A DNA stretch of 63,998 bases, filler included, from Octopus bimaculoides (taxonomy: Eukaryota), in assembly GCF_001194135.2 (NCBI RefSeq). It is 7 parts of 6 records of this genome, joined end to end, with 100 filler letters (N's around TTAATTAATTAA, not from the genome) between each part and the next. Parts side by side here need not be neighbours in the genome. Positions count along the whole stretch, not along the records: positions 19,684 to 51,014 come from NC_068981.1; 6 more parts are not named here. One strand, written 5' to 3'. The position numbers were made by a program, and so were the translations under genes. Shown piece by piece: positions 37,948 to 49,800 of this stretch. Positions within the stretch are counted from its first letter, which is position 1, and each line of letters starts with the position of its first letter. The notes below the pieces were generated by a model. The model saw only the letters and a list, made by a program, of their open reading frames with translations, did not search any database and was not told the origin of the DNA.

Positions 37948-37980
37948 TTTAACGTTTCGAGCCTTATTCTTCTTCAGAAA
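37948..37980 (-). ncRNA. Degenerate minimal hammerhead-like motif (PLE type)
   Basis: UUU-CUGAAGA-AGAAUAAGGCUC-GAAACGU-U-AAA; core and palindromic ACGU are intact, stem II is damaged. Confidence 0.35.
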
Positions 37981-38093
37981 TAGAGGAAAGTGCAAAGGAA
38001 GGGAAGACGGGGGAAGAAAATCGCCAACGATACACACGTGGTTCAGGCATGGTGAGAGGATGTGAATGTCGGTGTAGGTGTTATTGATGGCGA

Positions 38094-38260
38094 CACGATG
38101 GGCTTCTTTCAGTTTCCGTCTACCAAATCCACTCACAAGGCTTTGGTTGGCCCGAGGCTGTAGTAGAAGTCACTTGTCCAAAGTGCCACGCAGGGGGTCT
38201 GAACCCAGAACCATGTGGTTGGTAAGCAAGTTACTTACCACACAGCCACCCCTGCCCCTA
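38094..38260 (-). mobile_element. SINE type A, 5' half
   Basis: CAAATCCACTCACAAGGCTTTGGTTGGCCCGAGGCT...CTTACCACACAGCCAC. Confidence 0.9.
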
Positions 38261-38743
38261 TATTTTGTTCGTATTTATTTTCGATTACAGGATATCGTGT
38301 TGATTGAGAAAGAGATTTTCTTCTAATTGATACTCAAAGGGTCTGACGAAAGAAACGGACTGGATGCTCGGTCAATCAGTGATGTTATTTCGTATATTCG
38401 AAACTACAAAGACATAGATTGATTGAAATTCAATGAAATCGTTTTAAAAAGCAATGGCAACGGCTTCATTTCAGTCCAACGCCTGTGATTAGTGACGTTT
38501 TTAATTTATGGTTTTTCCACATTTGGAGTTTAACCAAAATATATTTTCGAAAATTCATGTTCGTATGCATAAAAAAGCATACAGTGGATACATATATACA
38601 ATACATAATTATATACACACATATATATAAACATACAAATATGTGCATATAAGTGTATATATATATATATACACACACACATACACACATACATATTCAT
38701 GTGTATATACATTTGGGCCTAGAGTAGGAATGATTATTTTTAG

Positions 38744-38955
38744 AAGGCGGCGAGCTGGCAGAGAGGTTAGCGCGCCGGGCGAAATGCTGCGCGGTATTTC
38801 GTCTTTACGTTCTGAGTTCAAATTCCGCCGAGGTCGACTTTGCCTTTAAACCTTTTGGGGTTGAAAAATTAAGTACCAGTTGCGTACTGGGGCCGATCTA
38901 ATCGACTGACCCCTCCCCCAAAATTTCGGGCCTTGTGCCTAGAGTAGAAAAGAAC
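38744..38955 (+). mobile_element. SINE type B, full length
   Basis: Highly similar to 26900-27116. Confidence 0.92.
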
Positions 38956-39026
38956 ATTATCTGAATGAGTATAATGTTAAGTCGATAGAATAAGGGCTTA
39001 TATCATTCCTATCCAAACCGATGAGA

Positions 39027-39622
39027 TACTCTTTTACTCTTTTAATTGTCTCATTCATTTGACTGCGGCCATGCTGGAGTACCAACTTTTTTAGTCAAAT
39101 ATACGACGGGCTTCTTACAGTTTCCGGCTACCAAATCCACTTACAAGTCTTTGCTCGGCCTGAGGCTATATTAGAAGACAATTGCCCAAGGTGCCACGCT
39201 GTGGGACTGAACCGGGAACCATGTGGTTGGGAAGCAAGATACTTACCACACAGTCACTCCTGCACCTATGTATCTTTTAATTTATACTTGTTTCAGTCAT
39301 TAGACTGCGGCTATGCTGGGGCAGCGCCTTGAAGAATTTTTAGTCGAATGAATCGACCTTTCGTGCATATTTTTTTTAAAGTCAGGTATTCTTTCTATCG
39401 GTGTCTTTTTACCGAACCACTAAGTTACAGGGTGGTAAACAAATCAACAGCGGTTGTCAAACGGTGGTGGGAGACAAACACAGGTACAAAGACACAAACA
39501 CACACACACACACAACACACATCCATAAACTCTTAGTTTCCGTCTACCACTTTCAGTTTCCACAGTGGGCCTGAACCCGGAAACATGTGGTTGGGCAGCA
39601 AGCTTCTTACCACACAGCTACG
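39027..39622 (-). mobile_element. Two tandem SINE type A copies with internal deletions
   Basis: The tail-to-head pattern repeats at about 39027-39268 and 39280-39622. Confidence 0.85.
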
Positions 39623-40815
39623 ATCCATAAAGCACCAAGGCATATCAAAATGAAGCACGCCACTAATTGGCTAGACCGAACAACACAAAACAGACAGAAA
39701 AGCAATCTGTTATAGCTCAGTCCTCCGTTGTTAGCTAACCCACAACCCCAATACATATTATCCTTACAATAAGTTGCATTTTCAATGCTTCGTAATGTAT
39801 TAAATTCGTAAAGAAAAATCTGTGTATCTGACAATTTGAGCAAGCGCAAGTTGTAAGGTGAAAAAAGGTCTTATGAATATGTGAGGATTTAGGCAACTGA
39901 GAACGAAAATCGTTGAAATATGGTTTTATGTGTAACTCAGTCTTGAAATTGACTGATGTTCATGTAAATGGACAATAAAATTTTGTTTATTACTCATGTT
40001 ATTGTAATATATATTTTTTCTTTCTGTTTTTCTTGTCCCGTAGAGGAATACCAACAAAGAGAAAAAGATGATAGTTTAAACAGAGAGCAAATTCAGAAGT
40101 AATGGTTGTATGTATAAGAAATATGAATGGCCGGTAAAATGGTATCAGCAATACTTAAATATAACACAAACACACACAGAGACACACACGCACACAAACA
40201 GACACAGACACATACACACACATACACACGCAGACATAGACAAACACACTCAAACGCGCGCACACACATCCATATACAAGATTACAAACAAACAAAAGAA
40301 TGGAGTAAGAAAATCGTTTTATTACATCAATATCACCCCACCCCACCACACCACACCCCCAATCAGCATCACCATCACCATCATCATCGTCGTCGTCGTC
40401 ATCGTCGTCGTCAACATCGTCATCATCATCGTCATCATCATCGTCATCATTCGTCATCGTCATCGTCATTGTCATCAATCATCATCATCGTCATCATCAT
40501 CACTTCCGGCCAAGACTTTTCAGCTGTGGACAGGAAATGTCACTTTGTATGGAAACCTTTAATACGTAAGTTAATACCTAATAATCGATCGATAATGAGT
40601 CAGTTGATACTTAATAGGTCGATAATAAATATGCCAAGTAATGCTAACTGATCGATTATCCTCAGCCAGGTCACCAGAACTAGCTAAAATGTTTTAATAC
40701 TGTTTTTATGGTCCTCTCTGAGAACAATGAGTATTTGTCTACGGCTGTTGGAAACTCGCTTACTCGGAGAATCAACACAGCGACCCCTGGAAGAGAATTG
40801 TGGAGATAATATATT

Positions 40816-41128
40816 CTTTTCTACTCAAGGTACAACACTTGAAATTTTGGGGGAGGGCGCCGGTCGATTAAGTCGACTCCAGTACGCAGCTGGTGCTTAA
40901 TTTATCGACCCCGAAACGATGAAAGGCAAAGTCGACCTCGACGGAATTTGAACTCAGAACGTAAAGACAGACGAAATACCGCTGAGTGCTAACCATTCTT
41001 TTCTACTCCAGACACAAAGCGCGAAATTTTAAGGGAGGGGTCCAGTCGATTAGATCGATCCCAGTACGCAGCTGGTGCTTAATTTATCGACCCCGAAAGG
41101 ATGAAAGGCAAAGTCGACCTCAACGGAA
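40816..41128 (-). mobile_element. Tandem SINE type B dimer with a 17-bp TSD
   Basis: Two partial type B units are flanked by TGTGGAGATAATATATT at 40799-40815 and 41129-41145. Confidence 0.9.
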
Positions 41129-41329
41129 TGTGGAGATAATATATTGAGTTAATAGATGCAGGTGTGGCTGTGTGGTAAGACGCTTGCTTTGTTGGCTTTA
41201 CGAGTAANNNNNNNNNNNNNNNNNNNTAACACACGTGTTTCTTTTTTGCTGTCTTAGTGGTGCGATGTTTTCCCTCTTGTTCAATGGAGGGGCGTCGGGT
41301 GAGGAGTTGTGAAGGCTTGAATTATTCAG

Positions 41330-41975
41330 ACTTTGTGAACTATCCTTCTTCGGCCTTTTTGTCATCTGAGGAAGAATTGGTGAAATATTTAGATAAAATC
41401 GACGGTAAAATGGAGACAAAGAATTACGCAGAGGCGGTGAAGGAAAACACCGAAGAAGTGTGTCTGGAGGAATTGGGCAAATTCAAAGAAATGCTTAAAA
41501 GGGAGGAGAATGAAGTGAAGGTGTTCCGCCCCCCCCCCCACACAAGAAGTTTTAAAGGGAAAAAAAACGAAAAAAACAATTATTTACAGGACGTACTCAG
41601 TAACAGCCAGGAAAATAGAAGTCATGTTGACGGCGCAAGTTGAAAAGGCATTGAAAAAAGTTTGGAACAGTTGAGGTGCAGTTCCGGGAGGTAGCTACCA
41701 CCAGGCGGCACTCAGCAACACCGTTAAAAACAAAGTCGTACTTCTACCTGTATACCTTGGGAGACGTGCCTCCAGAGTTAGGGTAGAAGACATACCCCCA
41801 GAAGTGGATGTAGCCTGGCTGATGACTGCCATACTGCTAGGCATGGAGGAGACGGTGGTGGTCCTCCAGAACACCTCACAGGAACTGGCAAGGGCAAAGC
41901 CTCGATATGGTGGTAGAAGTTGCAGAGGAAGATATTGAAAATATGGTAGAGAGACGATCACAGTCGGAGAGGTAA
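41330..41975 (+). mobile_element. Probable L1/Tx1-type LINE ORF1 relic
   Basis: ...NYAEAVKENTEE... then KVVLLPVYLGRRASRVRVEDIPPEVDVAWLMTAILL / NWQGQSLDMVVEVAEEDI across frameshifts. It resembles octopus LINE ORF1-like proteins as I recall them; not verified. Confidence 0.55.
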
Positions 41976-43305
41976 CACACACATCTACACACACACATAT
42001 ATATATATACATACCTGACGACTTGATTTTTTTATTAACCACTCAGGGTCGAAACACAGAGGGGACAGCACAAAGTCAGACAAAGCATAAAAGTGAGGAA
42101 AAATATAAAATGGAATGAAAAGAATGGTAATGATAAATGAAAAAGGTGGAATGACGTCTACTCGAACTCCAACACTCCAGTTAACGTCATTGAACGTTTA
42201 TAGAAAAAAAAAAATTAACACGTGTTATTTTTGTCTCTTTGTCCTTGTTGTGTGCTGCTTGTGTTAGATACTCAGTGGACAATTGACATGCGTGAAGCGC
42301 GGGCTGGCCAGTGTGAATACGAAATTTTATTCTCATTTCCAGTAAAACAATACATATTGACTGTTCCGTTACGAGTTAGTAATTATCGCAGCAGTTGTAA
42401 GGTAAAATATAAAATTATTTGTCTCTCTCTAATAATTATTGCGGCATTTATTGTTAAATTATCAGTTCTATATATGTGTTATTTCGTTCATTTGCTTATA
42501 TTTCGTTAATTTACACTGCATACAAAACTACGAACATTCTCTCTCTCTCTTTTCCCTCCCTCCCTCTCTTTCATACATGCACATGTTCACGCGCACCATC
42601 ACACATTCATGCACACACACACACACCATATATTTACAATAAAGCAATTAATGTTATGGTCGTTATTGTTGTTCCTGCTGCCGTTCCTGTTGTTGTTGTT
42701 GGTTTTGCCGCTGCTGCTGTTGTTGTGGTCGTTGTTATAAAGGTTGTATTTGGTACAAATCTCACAACAGATCTTCGGTAAATATTTAAATTTTTCAAGC
42801 AGGGACGGGTAAAACCGGGTCAAGTTGTAAAAACAAAAGAACTTGTGGAGGCACGTCTCGGCCGAACAAACAGTCATACTTTACTTTTACAAATCTATAG
42901 CTGTGCACGTGATTACATTAAGCAACATCATTTGAAATGTTATAAATTCCGATACGTCATAAAGTAATAATTAACTATATATATACGGCCAAAAGTCACC
43001 TGACAGTAAAAGAAAACCATTTAATTCGAAGATTTATGTTTAACAGGTGCAGGTCTTACGACACTTTTGCATAATAGCAACGGTATATATATATATAAGG
43101 TTGAGGAGAGTATTGGATTTAACCAAACCCCGGAGGATACAGGTAATACCGAGTAAGTGCTGTATACCGACTAGTTTTGCCCCAGTCGTTGTATGAACAG
43201 GATTGGGGATTATAGGTCGTGTATTAGCGTGTGTATATGTAAATATATAAAAACAAAAAGATAAAGAGAGCAATGGTAAGGTTGGAGAAGTATTTTATGG
43301 ATAGA

Positions 43306-43354
43306 GTCTTACAGCTGTTTCTGGGAAGATCCAGTACTTCCCTTCATCGGAGAC
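43306..43354 (-). ncRNA. Minimal type I hammerhead ribozyme motif (PLE pLTR)
   Basis: GUCU-CCGAUGA-A-GGGAAG(UACUGGAU)CUUCCC-A-GAAA-CAGCUG-UA-AGAC: 4-bp stem I, 6-bp stem II, palindromic ACAGCUGU stem III, GUA cleavage triplet. Confidence 0.75.
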
Positions 43355-44890
43355 AGAAAAAATAAAGGAATTGATTATTATATCCATAGGCGGATAGTTT
43401 TAGTATGAAGTGATATAGAGTGTGATGCGCTGAANNNNNNNNNNNNNNNNNNNNNNNNNNNNNNNNNNNNNNNNNNNNNNNNNNNNNNNNNNNNNNNNNN
43501 NNNNNNNNNNNNNNNNNNNNNNNNNNNNNNNNNNNNNNNNNNNNNNNNNNNNNNNNNNNNNNNNNNNNNNNNNNNNNNNNNNNNNNNNNNNNNNNNNNNN
43601 NNNNNNNNNNNNNNNNNNNNNNNNNNNNNNNNNNNNNNNNNNNNNNNNNNNNNNNNNNNAGTGAGCGTGGGGTAATTAGGTCAAGTCATGAAGACAGAAT
43701 GGGAAAGGGGGTAGAGGAAAGATTGAGGTGGAGAATGGTAGCGGTATATTTTTATGGTCAGTTGATCTTACAGGATAGAGGGGATGAGCATATAGAGTGA
43801 AGGAGGAATGGGGGGGGGATGAGGTTAAAAGGTTTAGTGAGTAGGAAGGAATGCGCGTATGTAGTATATAAGTGGTGGGGGTATGAGTAATAAACCAAGG
43901 ACAGAAATAAAGGGAGAGATGGGTGGGAAAGGTAGTTAGTAGTATCATGTTCTAGAATGCAGCCAAACCTATTTACAGACGGTGGAATGGGATTGAAAGA
44001 AACGACGTAGTCTGTATGCGGTGGTGGTGTTATTGTGAATTAGAGTGTAGAGGAAATAGATTNNNNNNNNNNGTAGTCTGTATGCGGTGGTGGTGTTATT
44101 GTGAATTAGAGTGTAGAGGAAATAGATTTGGGGATATATATATGTGGTGATATGATCGAAAGGAAATAAGCCTATTCAAAAGGTGGTAAAAGATGGATGT
44201 TTTTGCCAGGTCGAATAGGTTGCCTTGTGGGGAGCCGAGCGATTATGTTGCGTGATCGTTTGTGCATTTTTGCTTGTGATAAAATTTAAATGTATGGAAA
44301 GAGCGGTGATTGCAGTTACTAAACGCTTCGTTATATCGATTAAGTAGAGTGGGAGAATTGTATTTTAAAATATGGAACGCCTCCTTTAGGCAAAGCTTGC
44401 AGTTGGAGCGCTGGCCCTGGTATGGAGTTCCAGAATCTAAGATGGACCATTTTAAAGTATATTGGGTATTTGTGCTTTTGAGGTGATGAATGTGATTGGC
44501 TAATGTTGTAGATTTACTGTTTGTCGTATCTAAAAGAGTGCAAATGGGCTGCGTACCGATGTTTGAAGTTTTTAGTTGCACTTATGTATGTAGCACTAGA
44601 GTTATGTAATAGATTTCTCACGGTGCATTTATATATTACGTTGTATCTTACGCAATGTGTTTGAAGCAGTCAGATAGTCCCGGAGCGACAGTTACAAGTG
44701 TAGGAGGCTAGAGGGTTGCGTATGCTGGTGGGTGAGTTATTATTATTGGAAGATATGTTAAGCTCCAGGTTCGGTGATTATGTGAATAAGGGGTCCAACG
44801 TAGGTCATATATCAGCGTGTGAATATAAGGATTTCGTAATGAGATAAAAGACCAAGGCTGTGTATAATATAGAACATTTATAAATAGAAG

Positions 44891-44938
44891 GTCTTACAGA
44901 TGTTTCCGGGATATTTATTTTTTCCCTTCATCGGAGAC
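44891..44938 (-). ncRNA. Second minimal hammerhead ribozyme motif
   Basis: GUCU-CCGAUGA-A-GGGA(AAAAAUAAAUA)UCCC-G-GAAA-CAUCUG-UA-AGAC; same core with a different stem II. Confidence 0.7.
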
Positions 44939-45246
44939 GGTGTGAGAGGTTGGTTAAGCAATAGTTAGTTTACATAAGATAGTAAATAGAGAGTGAATGT
45001 AGGGATAATGTATTTGTAAATCCATTGTTTAGGCAGAATGGTATATATTTAAATGATAAACTTGTAGAAAGTTTTACAGATATTTACAGTTCCAGTGATG
45101 GATTGGATCTGTAGTCTTCGAATCAAATTTCTCCTTTCTGGTTTTGAGAAGCCTAATTTCTCAAGATTGGTATTTAGGCAGTATTACATATCCCAGTACC
45201 CAAATAATTACAGATATAAACCTAAACCTGTAATCTGGATAGAGTA

Positions 45247-45452
45247 CACGCAGAGGGGACAAACAAGGACAGACAAACGGACTAAGTCGATTATATCGAC
45301 CCCAGTGTGTAACTGGTGCTTATTTAATCGACCCCGAAAGGATGAAAGGCAAAGTCGACCTTGGCGGAATTTGAACTCAGAACGTAGCGGCAGACGAAAT
45401 ACCACTAAGCATTTCGCCCGGCGTGCTAACGTTTCTGCCAGCTCGCCACCTT
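45247..45452 (-). mobile_element. SINE type B, alternative tail
   Basis: Full head, body and GGGGACAAACAAGGACAGAC tail. Confidence 0.9.
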
Positions 45453-46420
45453 GGCGCAGGCGTGATTGTATGGTTAAGAAGCTTGTTTTACAACCACGGT
45501 GGTGGTTTCGGGTTCAGGGATCTTTTTTAAAACGGGGGCCACATTTTTCATTAATGTTTTACGTAGTGTTTTTGGTACCGAAAGACTTTCAAACTTCGTA
45601 TACTTATCTATTTTGTGTTATAGAACAGAAAAATACTTTTGTATTCGAATTTATTTCATGTAAAAAATTGTCTTATTTCGATAATTTCAACCAATCACTG
45701 ACAAGTATTCAGTTGTTTACATTTACTCCTTTGGCTGATTAAGCCATAGCTTCGTTTTATTTGCTTTTTTCTTTTTAAATTTGCTGTTTTACCCAAACCC
45801 TAACCCTATCACCGATAGAATTGTTTCAGAATCGTTTGTTTATGTAGTCGGCACTTAATGTATATCGGCTGAATGGACGTCAGTGATTGGTTGAAATTAC
45901 AGAAATACGACAACTTTAACATGGAATAACTTAGGGATTTCTTTTTTTTAAAAGAAGACTAAGAGAAAAAGATGTTTTATATGACACATTCTACCAGTGT
46001 TCCAAGTTTCAAAGTGTTTCGTTAATGAAAAATGTGGCCCCCGTTTTAAAAAAGATCCGGGTTCAGTACCACTGCGTGGCACCTTGGGCAAGTGTCCTCT
46101 ACTATAGTTCCTGGGCCGACCAAAGTCTTGTAAGTAAATTTGGTTGTCGGAGACTGTGGAAGTCCGTCGTATACATACATATGTGCGCGTTTGTGAGAGT
46201 ATGTGTGCGTATGTATATGTGAGTTTTTATATATGTATGCATATTTTGTTCCCACTACCGCGTGACGACAGGTGCTGGTTTGTTTATGTCTCCCTTAACA
46301 GTGATTCGACAAAAGAGATCGATACTCAAAAGAAATATTGGATCGATTTGTCCTGCAAAACTCTTCCAGATGGCTCCTAGCGTGGCAGCAGAGCAATGAC
46401 CGACACAAATAAAAGATAAA
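45453..46420 (+). mobile_element. SINE type A split by a MITE
   Basis: Head at 45453-45517 continues at 46059 as GGGTTCAGTACCACTGCGTGGCACCTTGGGCAAG. Confidence 0.85.
45518..46058. mobile_element. 541-bp MITE, GG-terminal TIRs, perfect 8-bp TSD GGGTTCAG
   Basis: TIR GGATCTTTTTTAAAACGGGGGCCACATTTTTCATTAA is perfect at both ends; internal inverted repeat AATTTCAACCAATCACTGAC. Confidence 0.93.
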
Positions 46421-46478
46421 AGAATGGTTTTTGAAGATAATATGTAGAACATAGAATTTGAATCTACGATATTCAATA

Positions 46479-46610
46479 TAGAGTGTCCACAAAGTCTGGG
46501 TACGCGGAGTAAATAAAATCATGACATAAACAATTAAATAGTAACATTATAATTAAAATTTTGTTTTAAGTGTGTTAATCTCCATGTACCCAGACTTTGT
46601 GGACACCATG
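46479..46610. mobile_element. Tc1/mariner MITE, 132 bp, TA TSD
   Basis: GTGTCCACAAAGTCTGGGTAC...GTACCCAGACTTTGTGGACAC flanked by TA. Confidence 0.9.
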
Positions 46611-46614
46611 TATA

Positions 46615-46830
46615 TTAAAGCAGTGATCTGGTAGAATCGTTTTTGCGCCGGAGAAAATGCTTAGCTGCATTTTTTCCATCTACCCGTTCTGAGTTCAAAT
46701 TCCGCTGGCGTCGAGTTTGCCTTTCATGCTTTCGAGGTTGATATATTGTATTAATTACATCGACCCCAGTACTGGGGTCGATGTAATTAAAACTTACCGC
46801 CTCCGACAATGCTGGCCTTGTCTCAAAATT
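46615..46830 (+). mobile_element. SINE type B, degenerate
   Basis: CGTTCTGAGTTCAAATTCCGCTGGCGTCGAGTTTGCCTTTCATGCTTTCGAGG on the plus strand. Confidence 0.75.
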
Positions 46831-47030
46831 TATAGCCAATATATTTTAATTTATGAATACAATGCTTACAGAAAGGTTACCTCAAAATGCTAGCCTTCAC
46901 TTTTTTTGTTTTTAAGTATCCCTTATACATGGTAAAGTAGCGGCGTTCAAGACTATATTTTTTTATCAACTAAAATTCGTGTAATTTTATGAAAATATAA
47001 CATTTGTTTATTTGTCTGTTTTTCATCGTG

Positions 47031-47337
47031 GAGGCGTTATGGCCCAGTGGTTAGGGCAGCGGACGCGCGGTCGTGGGATTGCGGTTTCGATTCCCAGACC
47101 GGGCGTTGTGAATGTTTATTGAGCTAAAGCTGCTCACTATTTCTTCCTGTTTCTGCTGTGTCTGTATTTCAAAGGGTCAGCCTTGTCACACTGTGTCATG
47201 CTGAATATCCCCGAGAACTACGTTAAGGGTACACGTGTCTGTGGAGTGCTCAACCACTTGCACATTAATTTCGCAAGCAGGCTGTTCCGTTGATCGGATC
47301 AACTGGAACACTCGTCGTCGTAACCGACGGAGTGCCA
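47031..47337 (+). mobile_element. SINE type C
   Basis: tRNA-like head plus the body shared with 23702-24012. Confidence 0.88.
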
Positions 47338-47723
47338 CGTTATTTTCCATCGAACAGCTATTACAGAAGGAGTTACAAAATTGCACTTCTATAATATAGA
47401 TTCAAATTTTCTATTAATAATAATAGTAGTAATAATAATAACAACAAGCTAATTAATCGTAAATGTGACGAGCATCTAAAATTATTGCACTTGGCTGGGC
47501 ACGCGGTAAAGGATAACTAACCTTGACAACGTCTTAAATTCACATTGAATTTTCAACAACTACAACAACAACAACATACCACGGTAAATACTAAGCAGGC
47601 TTCTTTGTATGTTGATGGTTGGGTGGAACAAATGCTAAATAATAATTGGCTGTGATAAAGGTGCGACTATGACATCATTAATTACTACATATTATGACTC
47701 TTGATTAATAAAACAAAGCGGTA

Positions 47724-48021
47724 TGGCTCTCCGTCGGTTACGACTACGAGTATTCCAGCTGATCCGATCAACGGAACAGCCTGCTCGTGAAATTAACGTG
47801 CAAGAGGCTGAGCACTCCGCAGACATGCATACTTTTAATGTAGTTCTTAGGGAGATTCATTGTGACACAGAGTGTGACAAGATTGGCCCCTTTGAGATAG
47901 AAGTGCAACTCATTATTGCCAGCTGAGTGAAATAAAGTATCTTGCTCAAGGACACAGCGCACCGCCGGAAATCGAACTCACGACCCGAGCCCAATACTTT
48001 AACCACTAAGCCATGCACCTC
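47724..48021 (-). mobile_element. SINE type C, inverted relative to 47031-47337
   Basis: Reverse complement of the type C body and head. Confidence 0.9.
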
Positions 48022-48434
48022 CAAAATGAAATAAAACCAGTATATGATGGCGAAAATAAATTTGTTTCGATGTAATGGATCGCTGAAATCAAGACATACT
48101 TATGACCATAAATTACAATTATGGTCTTAAGGTTTAAACTGTTCTCATCTTCAAATGGGTAATTTGAGAACTTTGACGTGGGTCGGTTTCAAATGTGAAA
48201 CCGAGTGAAGGGTTACCTCCCCTTGGTTTATAGTACATGGAAGAATCGTTATAATGATGTTGGCAATAAGTGAGTATAAATAGTTTAAAAGTGGAATGAA
48301 TTGGTTTACCTCAGTGTTTTCCAAGGTGGGGGTGGGGTAATATTTTTGTAGGGGTGTGGATTACTTCTGAAGATGTGAATAAAATTTACGTAAGTTTTTA
48401 AAATTTATTGGAACCTTGGAGTGGTGTCTCACCG

Positions 48435-48930
48435 CCTTCCGTTTATGCAACCCAAGACGGATCCTGGACAGCAAGTTGACTAACCAAGTCACCCACAATG
48501 AGGTCCTGTATCGCGCCAGGATGTTTTACCGCCTTATCCTACGCCCAAAATGATGTCTACCCCTGGTTAGGCTACATCGCCTGTCATATAGGAGAACACC
48601 GAAAGGCATTCTGTATGGCGAGCTAGTTTCCGGCAAGGGAATACAAGGGAGACCATCTTTATTTTCAAAAAATGTCTGCAAGAGAAACATGAAATCACTT
48701 TACACGAACTCTGATTGTGGCTGTGGTGAGTGATTACCCTCATTGGCGAGTATATGGGTAGATATAGGGGTAGACTGATAAGACGAGAGGTGAGGCAGAA
48801 GTTTGATGCTAAAGAAAGCGCATTCGAGGCGAAAACAACACCAGGATAAGACTGGCACACACAATGCCTTCAAATACATTCGTTGCACCCATAACTGTCG
48901 CTCACATATGAGCCCCTACACTCACAGTTG
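48435..48930 (+). mobile_element. RTE-clade LINE 3' portion
   Basis: RRIL...QVTHNEVLYRAR...TPKGILYGELVSGKGIQGRPSLFSKNVCKRNMK...RCTHNCRSHMSPYTH matches the RTE/BovB-type C-terminus. Confidence 0.9.
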
Positions 48931-49800
48931 ATGCTGCTTTGTTTCCAAATACACTCACAAGGCAATGGATAATTTGAGGCTATGATTCAACGCAGTAACA
49001 TCGAACTGAAAACTACAGGCTTACAAAATTATCTCTGTAACCACACAGCCATGCATGTGATATCAAATATGTTTCCAACGCAATTATTTATTCAGCCTAA
49101 AAAAAAAGAAAAACCCATTTCAGTCTCATTATTATATTATATTATATTGTATTATATTATATTATATTAGTGCCGTCAAATATCATGGACCGTATCTCAT
49201 TTTTACTATCACACATATAAAGGCATAAATATCTAAACGCATATTTAACTACGAAAACAAAATTCTTCACTTTGGACTAATAACTTTTAACGAGTCCCAA
49301 CACCTGTGTAACATTCCCATATTTTACCTCTAACCAATATTTGACTAATTACATTTTGTTTCTTTGCAAAATTTAAACACGGTAGGGAATTTAAAAATTA
49401 CATTTAATTCGAAAATTCTCGACGGGTGGTTAAACGATAAAGTTTTCTTTTTAGAAATATTTAATATTTATTTTTAAAAGTGCTCGAGTTGTAATGGACA
49501 ATAAATAATAAATAAATAAAAGTTCTCGTAAATTACATTGAAAGGATGACGTTAAAGATAATATTAATAGACACACATACACGCACACACACACATATGG
49601 AAACCTATAAACATACATAAATTCACATATGTACATGCATACACACAAATACATATATCGTGATTCTAGGCTTGTATTTTCATAATAATGAACGCTGGTG
49701 TGTAAAGAAAATAACGATTATTGATTCAGAAATATATTAAAATTTCTAGACAGAAATACATGAACTAGTTTCGAATCTGAAATCACATTTGGACTCTTAC

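Larger units (their letters stand above)
43040..45090 (-). mobile_element. Penelope-like element relic with pseudo-LTR sequences
   Basis: ORF 44243-44581 (TTLANHIHHLK...LKWSILD...CKLCLKEAFHIL...LLNRYNEAFSNCNH) is the typical PLE C-terminus, flanked by two hammerhead motifs in the same orientation. Confidence 0.88.

Noticed and set aside
39760-39849. LRLLKLSDTQI, leucine-rich-repeat-like peptide
   Set aside because: A single motif with no suitable acceptor upstream and no neighbouring repeats.
44007-44128. 56-bp direct repeat across a 10-N gap
   Set aside because: Same unmerged-overlap artefact.
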